A DNA stretch of 36,904 nucleotides from an uncultured Clostridia bacterium (GCA_944341655.1 CALVMA010000073.1:1-36904); one strand, 5' to 3'. Positions 21,335 to 29,096 are shown, counted from the first letter of the stretch. Notes: generated by a model from the sequence alone, not told the origin. Numbers and translations: made by a program.

Positions 21335-22382
21335 CTTTACCGTGTTTTCCGTCCTTGTTGTCTTTGTTACCGACGATCCCTTCCAACGCCTTTCCGACAT
21401 TCTCCAAAACCGTGATCACTTTATGATAATCCATCCGGATCGGCCCGATCACGCCGTACGTGCCGAGGCTCTTGCCCCCCGCCGAATACGTCGCCGTCAC
21501 CACCGAACAGTCTTCCGGTACGTCTTTGTCGTCGCAAGACCCGATCTTGACGTTGATCTGTATCTCGTCGTTTTCGTCGCCGATGATCTCCGCCAGTTTG
21601 TCTTTGCTGGATATGACCGTCAGAAAATTTTTAACATTGTCAATGTCGTCGTACTCGGGATGATTGAAAATCTTCTCCGCTCCCGTAAGCACCACGTCTT
21701 CGTCCCGCGGCCGCGTGTACGACTTCAATGCGTCGATCACTTCGTGCATCACCTGCCGGTATTGCCCGAATTCCGCAAGCACTTCCTCCTCTACGTCCTT
21801 CACCTCGGACAACGCTTTCCCTTCAAACAGCTTCGCAATCACCCTTGAAGCATTGTCCAGATCTTCGTCCGTCATGCCCTCCGGGATCCCGATAAAACTG
21901 TCGCGCAAAATGCGCGCTCCCGTCACGATCACCAAGAGCGCATTCCCGTCCCCGCAGGACAAGAGCGCTATGTTCCGTATCTTTTCTTCGTCCGCATGCG
22001 GCCCGATCCCGACCGACGTGTAATCGGTCAGCTCGCTGATCACCTTCGATACGCTCCTGACCAGATGCTCCACATCGTTGGATTTGCCCGCAAACGCTTT
22101 CTCAATGTAGTCAAGATCTTTCTCGGACAAATTTCCCTTCTCCATCAGCTCCTCGATATAAAACCGATACGCCTGCGGCGAAGGTACCCGCCCCCCCGAT
22201 GTGTGAAACTGCGTCAGATATCCCAGCTCTTCCAGCGACGCAAGTTCGTTCCGCACCGTCGCCGAGCTCACGTCCGTCAAATGCTTCTCCGCAATGCTTT
22301 TGCTCGACACGGGAACCGCCGTGTTGATATACTCATCCACGACGATCTGTAAAATTTTTCTCTTTCGGTCGGACATCTTCAT
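21327..22382 (-). CDS. hrcA: Heat-inducible repressor HrcA
   Basis: SSATVRNE, HTSGGRVPS and GVIGPIRMDY; heads grpE-dnaK-dnaJ. Confidence 0.96.
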
Positions 22383-22428
22383 TGCCGCATCACCCCGCAC
22401 TATCTTTGGCACTTGATTTTCAACAATG

Positions 22429-22455
22429 TTAGCACTCTCATCTCATAAGTGCTAA
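22429..22455. promoter_or_regulatory. CIRCE operator (HrcA binding site)
   Basis: TTAGCACTC-N9-AAGTGCTAA, one mismatch to the consensus TTAGCACTC-N9-GAGTGCTAA; overlaps the predicted transcription start. Confidence 0.95.
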
Positions 22456-22459
22456 CGCT

Positions 22460-22488
22460 ATTATATATGGATTGCAAAAGAAAGTCAA
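22460..22488 (-). promoter_or_regulatory. Sigma-A promoter of the hrcA operon
   Basis: TTGACT-17 nt-TATAAT directly upstream of CIRCE. Confidence 0.9.
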
Positions 22489-22716
22489 GGGTTTTGCGAC
22501 AAAAAAATAAAAAAATTTTTTATCTTTTGCGCGCGCACAAATATAATGTTCGCGCGCGGGAGGATCGGGCGCGTTTTTGTCCTTTTTCCCCTCTTCGGTA
22601 TGCCCTGCCCCGCAATTTTTTCGCGGCGCATTCCCCCGTTTTGCCCCTTCCGGCCCGCAGAACGGCTTTTTCGCAACCCTGCCAAAGCCACAAAAATGCT
22701 TTTGCGCCCTTTTTGC

Positions 22717-22756
22717 AAAATCAGACGGGGCGCACGCCGTGCGCCCCGTCTGATTT
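22717..22756 (-). terminator. Terminator-like hairpin of the candidate sRNA
   Basis: AAATCAGACGGGGCGCAC-3 nt-GTGCGCCCCGTCTGATTT(T); no CDS ends nearby on either strand. Confidence 0.7.
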
Positions 22757-22796
22757 ATCGGTAGGTTATCACAATGGTGTATGCGAATGGATCTAT
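22717..22796 (-). ncRNA. Candidate approximately 80-nt small RNA (family not recognised)
   Basis: Own promoter (22803-22831), approximately 40-nt unstructured 5' part, 18-bp terminal stem ending in UUUU, and no ORF on this strand. Confidence 0.6.
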
Positions 22797-22802
22797 GTCC
22801 CC

Positions 22803-22853
22803 ATTATCCAAATTCTTTTGCCCTTTGTCAATAAAAATTAACCATAGTTAATT
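22803..22853 (-). promoter_or_regulatory. Sigma-A promoter plus upstream palindromic site
   Basis: TTGACA (22831-22826)-17 nt-GATAAT (22808-22803); AATTAAC-N4-GTTAATT at 22836-22853 in an AT-rich tract. Confidence 0.7.
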
Positions 22854-22930
22854 AATTTATCCGCAAAAATTTTTTTCGGCGGGATATCCGCTGCGAAAAG
22901 GGCGGACGCAAAACGGCATCCGCAGGATAT

Positions 22931-23077
22931 CGCGGCTTTCTCCGCGGTCTTACTGCGTCTTTTTCCGCGGCTTTGCTGCGGTTTCACTGCGGCTTTTCCG
23001 CGCTTTACAGCGGCTTTCTCCGTGGGTTTACAGCGGCTTTCTCCGTGGGTTTGCCGCGGTTTTATTTGCGGGCTTGC
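22931..23077. repeat. Degenerate tandem array, about 13 units of 10-12 bp (consensus about YGCGGCTTTNC)
   Basis: CGCGGCTTTCTC/CGCGGTCTTAC/TGCGTCTTTTTC/CGCGGCTTTGC/TGCGGTTTCAC/TGCGGCTTTTC/CGCGCTTTAC/AGCGGCTTTCTC/CGTGGGTTTAC/AGCGGCTTTCTC/CGTGGGTTTGC/... Confidence 0.85.
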
Positions 23078-23080
23078 CTT

Positions 23081-23126
23081 AAAAAAGGGGCAGCCTTGCG
23101 CAAAAATTTGCGCAAGGCTGCCCCTT
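23081..23126 (-). terminator. Intrinsic terminator of pdp-deoC
   Basis: 20-bp arms AAGGGGCAGCCTTGCGCAAA/TTTGCGCAAGGCTGCCCCTT ending in T6 on the minus strand. Confidence 0.8.
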
Positions 23127-23203
23127 CGATCGCTCCCGTGCGCGCAGCGCTTTTGCCTGCACAGGCAGCGGCGTACGCCGCAACGGGATCTTTGCGAATA
23201 TTT

Positions 23204-24067
23204 TCACATATTTGTGCGCAAGGTATCGGCGATATCCTTGCCCGCGCTGGTGCCGATGCGGTCCGCGCCCGCGTCGATCATGGCGAGGAACTGATCCGCC
23301 GTCCGAATGCCGCCCGACGCCTTGACGCAGCATTTGTCTTTGACCGTCTCTTTGAGCAGGCGGACATCCTCCGCCTTCGCGCCTTCGCCGAAATAGCCCG
23401 TGCTCGTCTTGACGAACGCCGCGCCCGCGTCGCGCGCGCACAGCGCCGCTTTGAGCATCTCTTCCCGCGAAAGCAGCGATGTTTCGAGAATGACTTTGAC
23501 GGGATTGCCTTTCGCCGCGCGCACGACCTGTTTGATCTCCCGCTTTACGTACGAGTAATTCCCGTTTTTGACGGCAGACAAGCAGATCACCATGTCGATC
23601 TCGTCCGCTCCGTCCGCGACCGCCCTTTTTGTTTCGAAAACCTTGGTTTCCGTCTTGTTTTCGCCCATCGGAAAGCCCACGACGCAGGCGATCTTGATGT
23701 GCGGCGCGTTTTTCAAGAACTCGTTGCACGCCGAAACGTACACGGGCTGCACGCACACCGAATAAAACCCGTATTCCACCGCTTCCGCGCAGAGTTTTTT
23801 GATGTCTTCGCGCTTTGCCGTCTGTTTCAGGAGCGTATGGTCGATGGTCTTCAAAAGCCTGCGGATCTCGAGGATCTTTTTCTGGCGTTTGAATTCTTCG
23901 AACTCCGCCATTTCGTCCGCGGAGATCTGCCCGTCCGCCTTTGCGCCTTCTTTTTTATCTTTCGCGTTTTCCGAAGCCTGCTCCGCCGCGCGTTCGACTT
24001 CCGCCGCCTCCGCGTTCAGCAGGTCTTCCTCCTTTTTTTCCTCTTTCTTTTTTCCGAGTCCGAACAT
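23204..24067 (-). CDS. deoC: Deoxyribose-phosphate aldolase with an approximately 65-70 aa N-terminal extension
   Basis: IDHTLLK, GFPMG, GADEIDMV, KVILET, VKTSTG, KASGGIR and RIGTS. AGGAGG RBS and TGATG overlap with the pdp stop. Confidence 0.95.
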   Translation of the reverse strand: MFGLGKKKEEKKEEDLLNAEAAEVERAAEQASENAKDKKEGAKADGQISADEMAEFEEFKRQKKILEIRRLLKTIDHTLLKQTAKREDIKKLCAEAVEYGFYSVCVQPVYVSACNEFLKNAPHIKIACVVGFPMGENKTETKVFETKRAVADGADEIDMVICLSAVKNGNYSYVKREIKQVVRAAKGNPVKVILETSLLSREEMLKAALCARDAGAAFVKTSTGYFGEGAKAEDVRLLKETVKDKCCVKASGGIRTADQFLAMIDAGADRIGTSAGKDIADTLRTNM

Positions 24068-25365
24068 CAGATATCCTCCTTTCCGATAAAACCGAATACG
24101 AGCGGACGCGCCCTGTACGAGCGCCTGACCGCAAACGCGCCCTGCGCCAGCGACAAGGCTTCCGCATCTTCTTTGTTATAGTAAACTTCCGCGACAAGCT
24201 CCCCGTCTTTTACCCGTTCGCCTGCCCGCTTTTTCAAAATGATCCCTACCGTATGGTCGACGGGATCTCCCTCTTTGCTGCGCCCGCCTCCCAGCCTCGC
24301 ACACGCTTTGCCGAGCGCGAGCGCCGACACATGCAGCCTGCCCGCGCCCGAGGCAAAGATCTCTTTGCGGTGCGCCGCCAGCGGCAGAAGCGAAAAATCA
24401 TCGAAAGCGCGCACGTCCCCGCCCTGCGCGACGACGATCTCCTTGAATTTTTCCAGAGCCGCGCCCGAACCGAGAACTTCGCCGATCCGCTCCTTCGCCT
24501 CCTCTTCGCGCATGCCCTGCGCCATTTGCAGGATCTTGCAGCAATGATAGACGGAAAGCTCGGACAGCGCGTTGCGCTTTCCTTGAAGTATTTCGATCGC
24601 TTCCCGCACTTCCGCGTTGCAGCCGATATGATCGCCCAGCGGCGCGTCCATATCCGTCACCGCCGCGCCGACCTTCCTGCCCGCCGCCGTTCCCACGCTC
24701 ACCATGAGCCTGGCAAGTTTCACCGCGTCCGACGTGCGCCGCATAAACGCTCCGTTCCCGAACTTGACGTCCAGCAGGATCACATCCGCAAAGGACGCCA
24801 GCTTTTTGCTCATCACCGACGACGCGATCAGCGGAACGCTGTCCACCGTCGCCGTCACGTCGCGCACCGCATACATCCGCTTGTCGGCGGGCACCGTGCG
24901 CTCCGTCTGCCCCGCGATCGCCGCGCCTACCTTCTCCACCTGCGCCTCGAACGCCTCGGCGGTCATCGAAACCGAAAGCCCCCGAAAACTTTCCAGTTTG
25001 TCCAGCGTGCCGCCCGTATGCCCCAGCCCTCTGCCCGAATATTTGGCACACTTGACCCCCAGCGCCGCCAGCACGGGAACGACGATCAGCGTCGTCGAAT
25101 CGGAAACGCCGCCCGTCGAATGCTTGTCCGCATAGATGCCCTCCGCGCGCGGTTTTACCGTGCGTTCGCCGCTCTTTGCCATCGCATCGGTCAGCGCAAA
25201 ACATTCTTCGTCCGTCATCCCGCGCAAAAGCACCGCCATGCAGAATGCCGCGATCTGCGCGTCCGACGCGCTGCCGTCCGCAACCATGCGCACAAACTGA
25301 CCGATCTGCTCCCCGCTCAATATTTTGCCGCGCTTTTTTATTTCTATGATGTCGTATGCGGTCAT
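24067..25365 (-). CDS. pdp: Pyrimidine-nucleoside (thymidine) phosphorylase
   Basis: DKHSTGGV, SGRGLGHTGGTLDKLES, RDVTATV and SKKLA. Confidence 0.95.
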   Translation of the reverse strand: MTAYDIIEIKKRGKILSGEQIGQFVRMVADGSASDAQIAAFCMAVLLRGMTDEECFALTDAMAKSGERTVKPRAEGIYADKHSTGGVSDSTTLIVVPVLAALGVKCAKYSGRGLGHTGGTLDKLESFRGLSVSMTAEAFEAQVEKVGAAIAGQTERTVPADKRMYAVRDVTATVDSVPLIASSVMSKKLASFADVILLDVKFGNGAFMRRTSDAVKLARLMVSVGTAAGRKVGAAVTDMDAPLGDHIGCNAEVREAIEILQGKRNALSELSVYHCCKILQMAQGMREEEAKERIGEVLGSGAALEKFKEIVVAQGGDVRAFDDFSLLPLAAHRKEIFASGAGRLHVSALALGKACARLGGGRSKEGDPVDHTVGIILKKRAGERVKDGELVAEVYYNKEDAEALSLAQGAFAVRRSYRARPLVFGFIGKEDI

Positions 25366-25452
25366 GCGACAAAACTCCCCCTTTTTTTCCTTTTTTATTC
25401 TCCCTTCGCCCCTTCCCCTGTGATACAATGCAAAAAAACACGGGAGAATATC

Positions 25453-25713
25453 ATGTATCTTCTGGCTTCTACCCTGCTCGGCGGGCTCTACCTCATCATT
25501 CTGTTCGGATTGTGTTTCGGCGGCGTCGCCGGCGTAAAATACCTGCAATACATACGGCGCCGTCAGGCCTCCGCTCCGCCCGAAAAAAAAGCGGAACCGC
25601 CCAAAGAAACAAAACAGCCCGAAAAACCAAAAGAGATCTACTATATCGTCGAAAAAAAACGCGCCCGTTCAAAACAAAAATTATCCGAACCGAAAAAGAT
25701 CCGCTTCGAATGA
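25453..25713 (+). CDS. Small single-pass membrane protein (86 aa)
   Basis: GGAG RBS; hydrophobic N-terminus, RRR stop-transfer, P/E/K-rich linker and IYYIVEKK segment. It is the real 3' part of the 590-aa shadow ORF. Confidence 0.75.
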   Translation: MYLLASTLLGGLYLIILFGLCFGGVAGVKYLQYIRRRQASAPPEKKAEPPKETKQPEKPKEIYYIVEKKRARSKQKLSEPKKIRFE

Positions 25714-25725
25714 CCCGAAATTTTT

Positions 25726-25758
25726 ACGCGGCGCGCCGCTGCATGCGGCGCGCCGCGT
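25726..25758. terminator. 14-bp hairpin between convergent genes
   Basis: ACGCGGCGCGCCGC-tgcat-GCGGCGCGCCGCGT. Confidence 0.55.
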
Positions 25759-25809
25759 CCTCGTTTTTCAACGCCCCTGCGGCCGCAAATCTCGCAACGC
25801 CGCGCTCTT

Positions 25810-26157
25810 TTAATCTTCGTACCTTACGACGTTGTTGCCTTCGTCCCACAGCCTTTCCAGATGATAGAACAACCGAGATTCGTCGTTGAATACGTGCACG
25901 ATCACGTCGCCGTAATCGATCACTCCCCAGCGGCCTTCCCTGACTCCCTCCGTCCTGCGGGGCTCCAGCCCCTCTTTGGAAAAATGCTCTTCCAGATTTT
26001 CGCACAGCGCTTTGACCTGCGTCGTGTTCCTGCCGCTGCATATGACAAAATAATCGCACAGCACCGTCTTTTCGCGCACGTCTACCGTCAATATGTCCTC
26101 CGCTTTCTTCGAGGACAGAAATTTACAGATCGCTTGCGTGAATTCGTTTGACTCCAT
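25810..26157 (-). CDS. rsfS: Ribosome silencing factor RsfS
   Basis: KKAEDI, DYFVICSG, W..IDYGDVIVHVF and R.FY.LERLW. Confidence 0.96.
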   Translation of the reverse strand: MESNEFTQAICKFLSSKKAEDILTVDVREKTVLCDYFVICSGRNTTQVKALCENLEEHFSKEGLEPRRTEGVREGRWGVIDYGDVIVHVFNDESRLFYHLERLWDEGNNVVRYED

Positions 26158-27297
26158 TTACTTTCTCCTTAAATCCTTATAGTATTCGTATGCGCGGAAG
26201 GTGAGCGGATATATGTCGCCTTTCGCCTTTTTCAGGTATCTGAGGTCGTATTTCAGCGCCCGATACATGCACTCGTTCAGATCGCGGTAAAACCATTCGC
26301 GCAAACTGCCGATGTGCGGAAAATCCCGCCCCGCTTCCAGCATGTCGGACAAAAATATCACCTTCTCCAGCGTGCTCATGTTCGGCCTGCCCGACGTGTG
26401 ATACCGCACCGCATTCAGCACGTCCGCATCCGTTTCGCCCAGCACATGCTCCGCCAGATACGCCCCCGTATATTGATGCAATACAGGCGCGGGAATGTTC
26501 GGCTCGGGCGGAACAAAACCCGCCAGCTCCGGCGCGTCGGGCGCAAGGTTCTTTGCCGCGTCGTGCAGGCCCGCCGCTCGGATCACGGCGCGCTCGTCCA
26601 GCCTGTTCGCCGCCGCAACGCCCGCCGCCATCAAAGCCACGCGCACCGTGTGCTTTTTCCGCACAGGCTTCAGATACGCCGCCGCCTCCTTTACCCGCTC
26701 CACCCGATACAGACCGTTGGATTGGATATACGCAATAACGTCCTCCGCAAGATACGGCTTCAGATCCTCCCCGAACGCGCACAAAACGCGGATCTTCGTG
26801 GACGATACGTCCCTCCCCGCATATTCGAGCACGCGGAACCCCTTGCGGAATTTCGCGAAAAACCGCAGCTGCTCCGCTTTGAAACTGACTTTCTCCCCCT
26901 CGCGCCCGCACGCCACGAGCTCCGCTCCCGCCAGGATCTGCTCCGGATTTTTCCACGTGTAAAAATCTTTGAGCATATCCGCTCCTACCAGCCAGAAAAG
27001 CTGCGCCTCCGGATACTTCTGCCTGAAATGCTCCACCGTGCGGTATGTGTAACTCGTGCCGCCCGCATTCATTTCGTACGAACTCACTTCGCACCCGCGT
27101 ATCCCCGCAAACGCAAGCTTCGCCATGTTCAGCCTGTCTTGCGCCGACGTCAGCATCTTCCCTTGCTTGTGCGGAGGCACAAACGCGGGCATCACGATCA
27201 CTTTGTCCGCTCCCAGCTTCTCCTTCGCCGCTTTCACGATATTGATGTGTTCTGCATGCACGGGATCAAACGTCCCGCCGAAAATCGCTATCTTCAT
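26158..27297 (-). CDS. nadD: Fused nicotinate-nucleotide adenylyltransferase / YqeK HD-domain Ap4A hydrolase
   Basis: GGTFDPVH, PPHK, SYT, GAD and VSSTKIR, then H...HD...H...RYHT...D..E motifs of YqeK. Confidence 0.92.
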   Translation of the reverse strand: MKIAIFGGTFDPVHAEHINIVKAAKEKLGADKVIVMPAFVPPHKQGKMLTSAQDRLNMAKLAFAGIRGCEVSSYEMNAGGTSYTYRTVEHFRQKYPEAQLFWLVGADMLKDFYTWKNPEQILAGAELVACGREGEKVSFKAEQLRFFAKFRKGFRVLEYAGRDVSSTKIRVLCAFGEDLKPYLAEDVIAYIQSNGLYRVERVKEAAAYLKPVRKKHTVRVALMAAGVAAANRLDERAVIRAAGLHDAAKNLAPDAPELAGFVPPEPNIPAPVLHQYTGAYLAEHVLGETDADVLNAVRYHTSGRPNMSTLEKVIFLSDMLEAGRDFPHIGSLREWFYRDLNECMYRALKYDLRYLKKAKGDIYPLTFRAYEYYKDLRRK

Positions 27298-27367
27298 TGC
27301 CGTTCGTCTGTGTATCGGTAAATCCGCCGCTTTCTATACGGAAAAGGCAGATTTTTCCTTTTTTATC

Positions 27368-27396
27368 AGTATAACACAACTTTCTCCGCGTTGCAA
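27368..27396 (-). promoter_or_regulatory. Sigma-A promoter for nadD-rsfS
   Basis: TTGCAA-17 nt-TATACT with a TGn extension. Confidence 0.75.
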
Positions 27397-27455
27397 GGTT
27401 TAAAAAGCCGAAAAGTTGGAGATTATACAGAAAAACGTTTTCAAAAAGGCCCCTT

Positions 27456-28304
27456 ATGAAAAAATTCGATCTGCCGCTTTGGTCAGACACAGTGTTTTTC
27501 TTTTTCTTCCTGCTCCTGCTCTCCTTCTGCATCTTCCGTTGCTTCTTTTCCTCTCTCGCCTCCCTCGCACTCTCCGCCGCCTTTTCCCTCGCCTCCGCCG
27601 CGCTCCTGCACCTTTGGAGACGGCGCCGCCGCCGCAAAAAACACGCCGACGAGGACGGACGCGATCAGATCCGCAGGTTCGCCTTCCACCTCGCCATGAG
27701 TTCCCCCGAAAAAAATGCCGAACTCATCGCCCGAAGTTTGTGCGCCGCCCAAGAAAACGAAAAAACGGACGCCGTATCCCCTTCGGAAACCCTTTCGGAG
27801 ACCTCTTCGGAGGCCTCTTCAAAAGCCTCTTCGGACGCCGCGCAAAAACCTTATGCCCGAGCCTGCGGCGACCGCATACGCACCGAGGACGGCGATTGTT
27901 TTTTGAATTTCCGTTTCGAAAAGGTGACGGCGGACGAACTTGCGCCCGCGATCCGTCGGGGCAGCGGAAAGATCTCCGTCTGCGCCGCCGCTTTTACCGA
28001 CGAGGCTAAAAAACTTGCGTCCGCATTCGGCGTGCGGCTCATGGAGGCGGAAGAGGTCTACGCGCTGGTAAACGACAGCGGCTGCATGCCCCCGACGCTG
28101 ATCTCGCCGCCCGCCGCAAAACACCCGTTCAAAGAAAAACTTTCTTTCCGCATCCGAAAAAGCGCCTGGCGTGGCTACGCCTTTTCGGGAACATTCCTGC
28201 TGCTCTTTTCGCTGTGGACCGTCTTCCCCGTTTATTATATTGTTTCGGGCTCGATTTTGTTGACTTTTTCTTTGCTGATACGGTTTTTCGGAAAAAAAGA
28301 CTGA
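27456..28304 (+). CDS. Hypothetical membrane protein (2+2 TM) with a central soluble domain
   Basis: Two N-terminal hydrophobic helices plus RRRRRRKK, two C-terminal helices, and a terminator directly after. Confidence 0.8.
   Translation: MKKFDLPLWSDTVFFFFFLLLLSFCIFRCFFSSLASLALSAAFSLASAALLHLWRRRRRRKKHADEDGRDQIRRFAFHLAMSSPEKNAELIARSLCAAQENEKTDAVSPSETLSETSSEASSKASSDAAQKPYARACGDRIRTEDGDCFLNFRFEKVTADELAPAIRRGSGKISVCAAAFTDEAKKLASAFGVRLMEAEEVYALVNDSGCMPPTLISPPAAKHPFKEKLSFRIRKSAWRGYAFSGTFLLLFSLWTVFPVYYIVSGSILLTFSLLIRFFGKKD
27779..27838 (+). repeat. In-frame 12-bp tandem repeat, 5 copies
   Basis: CCCTTCGGAAAC/CCTTTCGGAGAC/CTCTTCGGAGGC/CTCTTCAAAAGC/CTCTTCGGACGC encoding PSET LSET SSEA SSKA SSDA. Confidence 0.85.
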
Positions 28305-28326
28305 TTTTGCGAAAAAAGGAACGTTT

Positions 28327-28376
28327 AAAAAGCGCCGCCTCGGGCAAACAATTTTGCCCGAGGCGGCGCTTTTTTT
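28327..28376. terminator. Bidirectional intrinsic terminator
   Basis: AAAAAGCGCCGCCTCGGGCAAA-caat-TTTGCCCGAGGCGGCGCTTTTT between convergent genes. Confidence 0.9.
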
Positions 28377-28408
28377 ATGTTTTGATCGGCACGGCCGCTC
28401 CTGTTTCT

Positions 28409-29095
28409 TTACTTTTCGAAGATATTTTCTTTCAAAAAGGGAACAGCCTTGCCCGCGCGGATACGCGCGATCAAACCGTTTAGATCATGCACTTCCTCTT
28501 CCGTTTCCACGCCCGACAAAAGCGGCTGGCGCGGAGAATGAAGATCGGAGCCTCCCGTCTTTAAAAGCCCGTATTCTTGCGCCAGGATCTCCCCCAGGCG
28601 GTTGCACCGCTGCGTCCTGCCCGCGTTGACGGTCTCGATGCCGTCCACGTCCGAAGGATACAGGCGGATATGATCGATGTAATCCGCCTCGCGATAGGGA
28701 TGCGCCTGCACCGCAAGGGCTCCGCTTTCACGCACCAGGGACAGATAATCGCGCACGGAAAGCTCCAACAGCCGCGGATGCGCTTTCAGCCATTCGCGCG
28801 AAAGCCCGTACGTCAGAAAATCCGTGCCCAGATAGGAATATTCCAGCCCGAAAAATACTTTCAGGCCCTGCTTTTTGCCCTCCTTTTCCGCCCGCTCCCA
28901 GCCGCGGAAAAATTCGTCGATCTGTTCTTCCCACGGCCGCGTACGATCGACCGTCGTGTTCCCGTTCAGAAAATGATCGGTCACCACGATCCCGTCGTAA
29001 CCGTTTTCCTTATAAAGACGCACCAGCGTCTCCGCATCGAGGACGGAACATGCGCTCGTGTACTTTGTATGACAATGCGTTTCGTACCGGAACAT
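28409..29095 (-). CDS. PHP-domain metal-dependent phosphoesterase
   Basis: HCHT, TDH, GLE, AHPYR and GGSDLH motifs. Confidence 0.9.
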   Translation of the reverse strand: MFRYETHCHTKYTSACSVLDAETLVRLYKENGYDGIVVTDHFLNGNTTVDRTRPWEEQIDEFFRGWERAEKEGKKQGLKVFFGLEYSYLGTDFLTYGLSREWLKAHPRLLELSVRDYLSLVRESGALAVQAHPYREADYIDHIRLYPSDVDGIETVNAGRTQRCNRLGEILAQEYGLLKTGGSDLHSPRQPLLSGVETEEEVHDLNGLIARIRAGKAVPFLKENIFEK

Positions 29096-29096
29096 A

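Noticed and set aside
22406-22432. Second CIRCE (TTGGCACTT half-site)
   Set aside because: The partner half at N9 spacing (CAATGTTAG) matches only 5 of 9 positions; at best a relic half-site.
22449-22841. ORFs of 72-130 aa in the hrcA-deoC gap
   Set aside because: They run through CIRCE, promoters and hairpins, have atypical composition and lack an RBS.
22931-23077. Repeat array as a CRISPR locus
   Set aside because: The units are about 11 bp, contiguous and degenerate, with no unique spacers and no cas genes.
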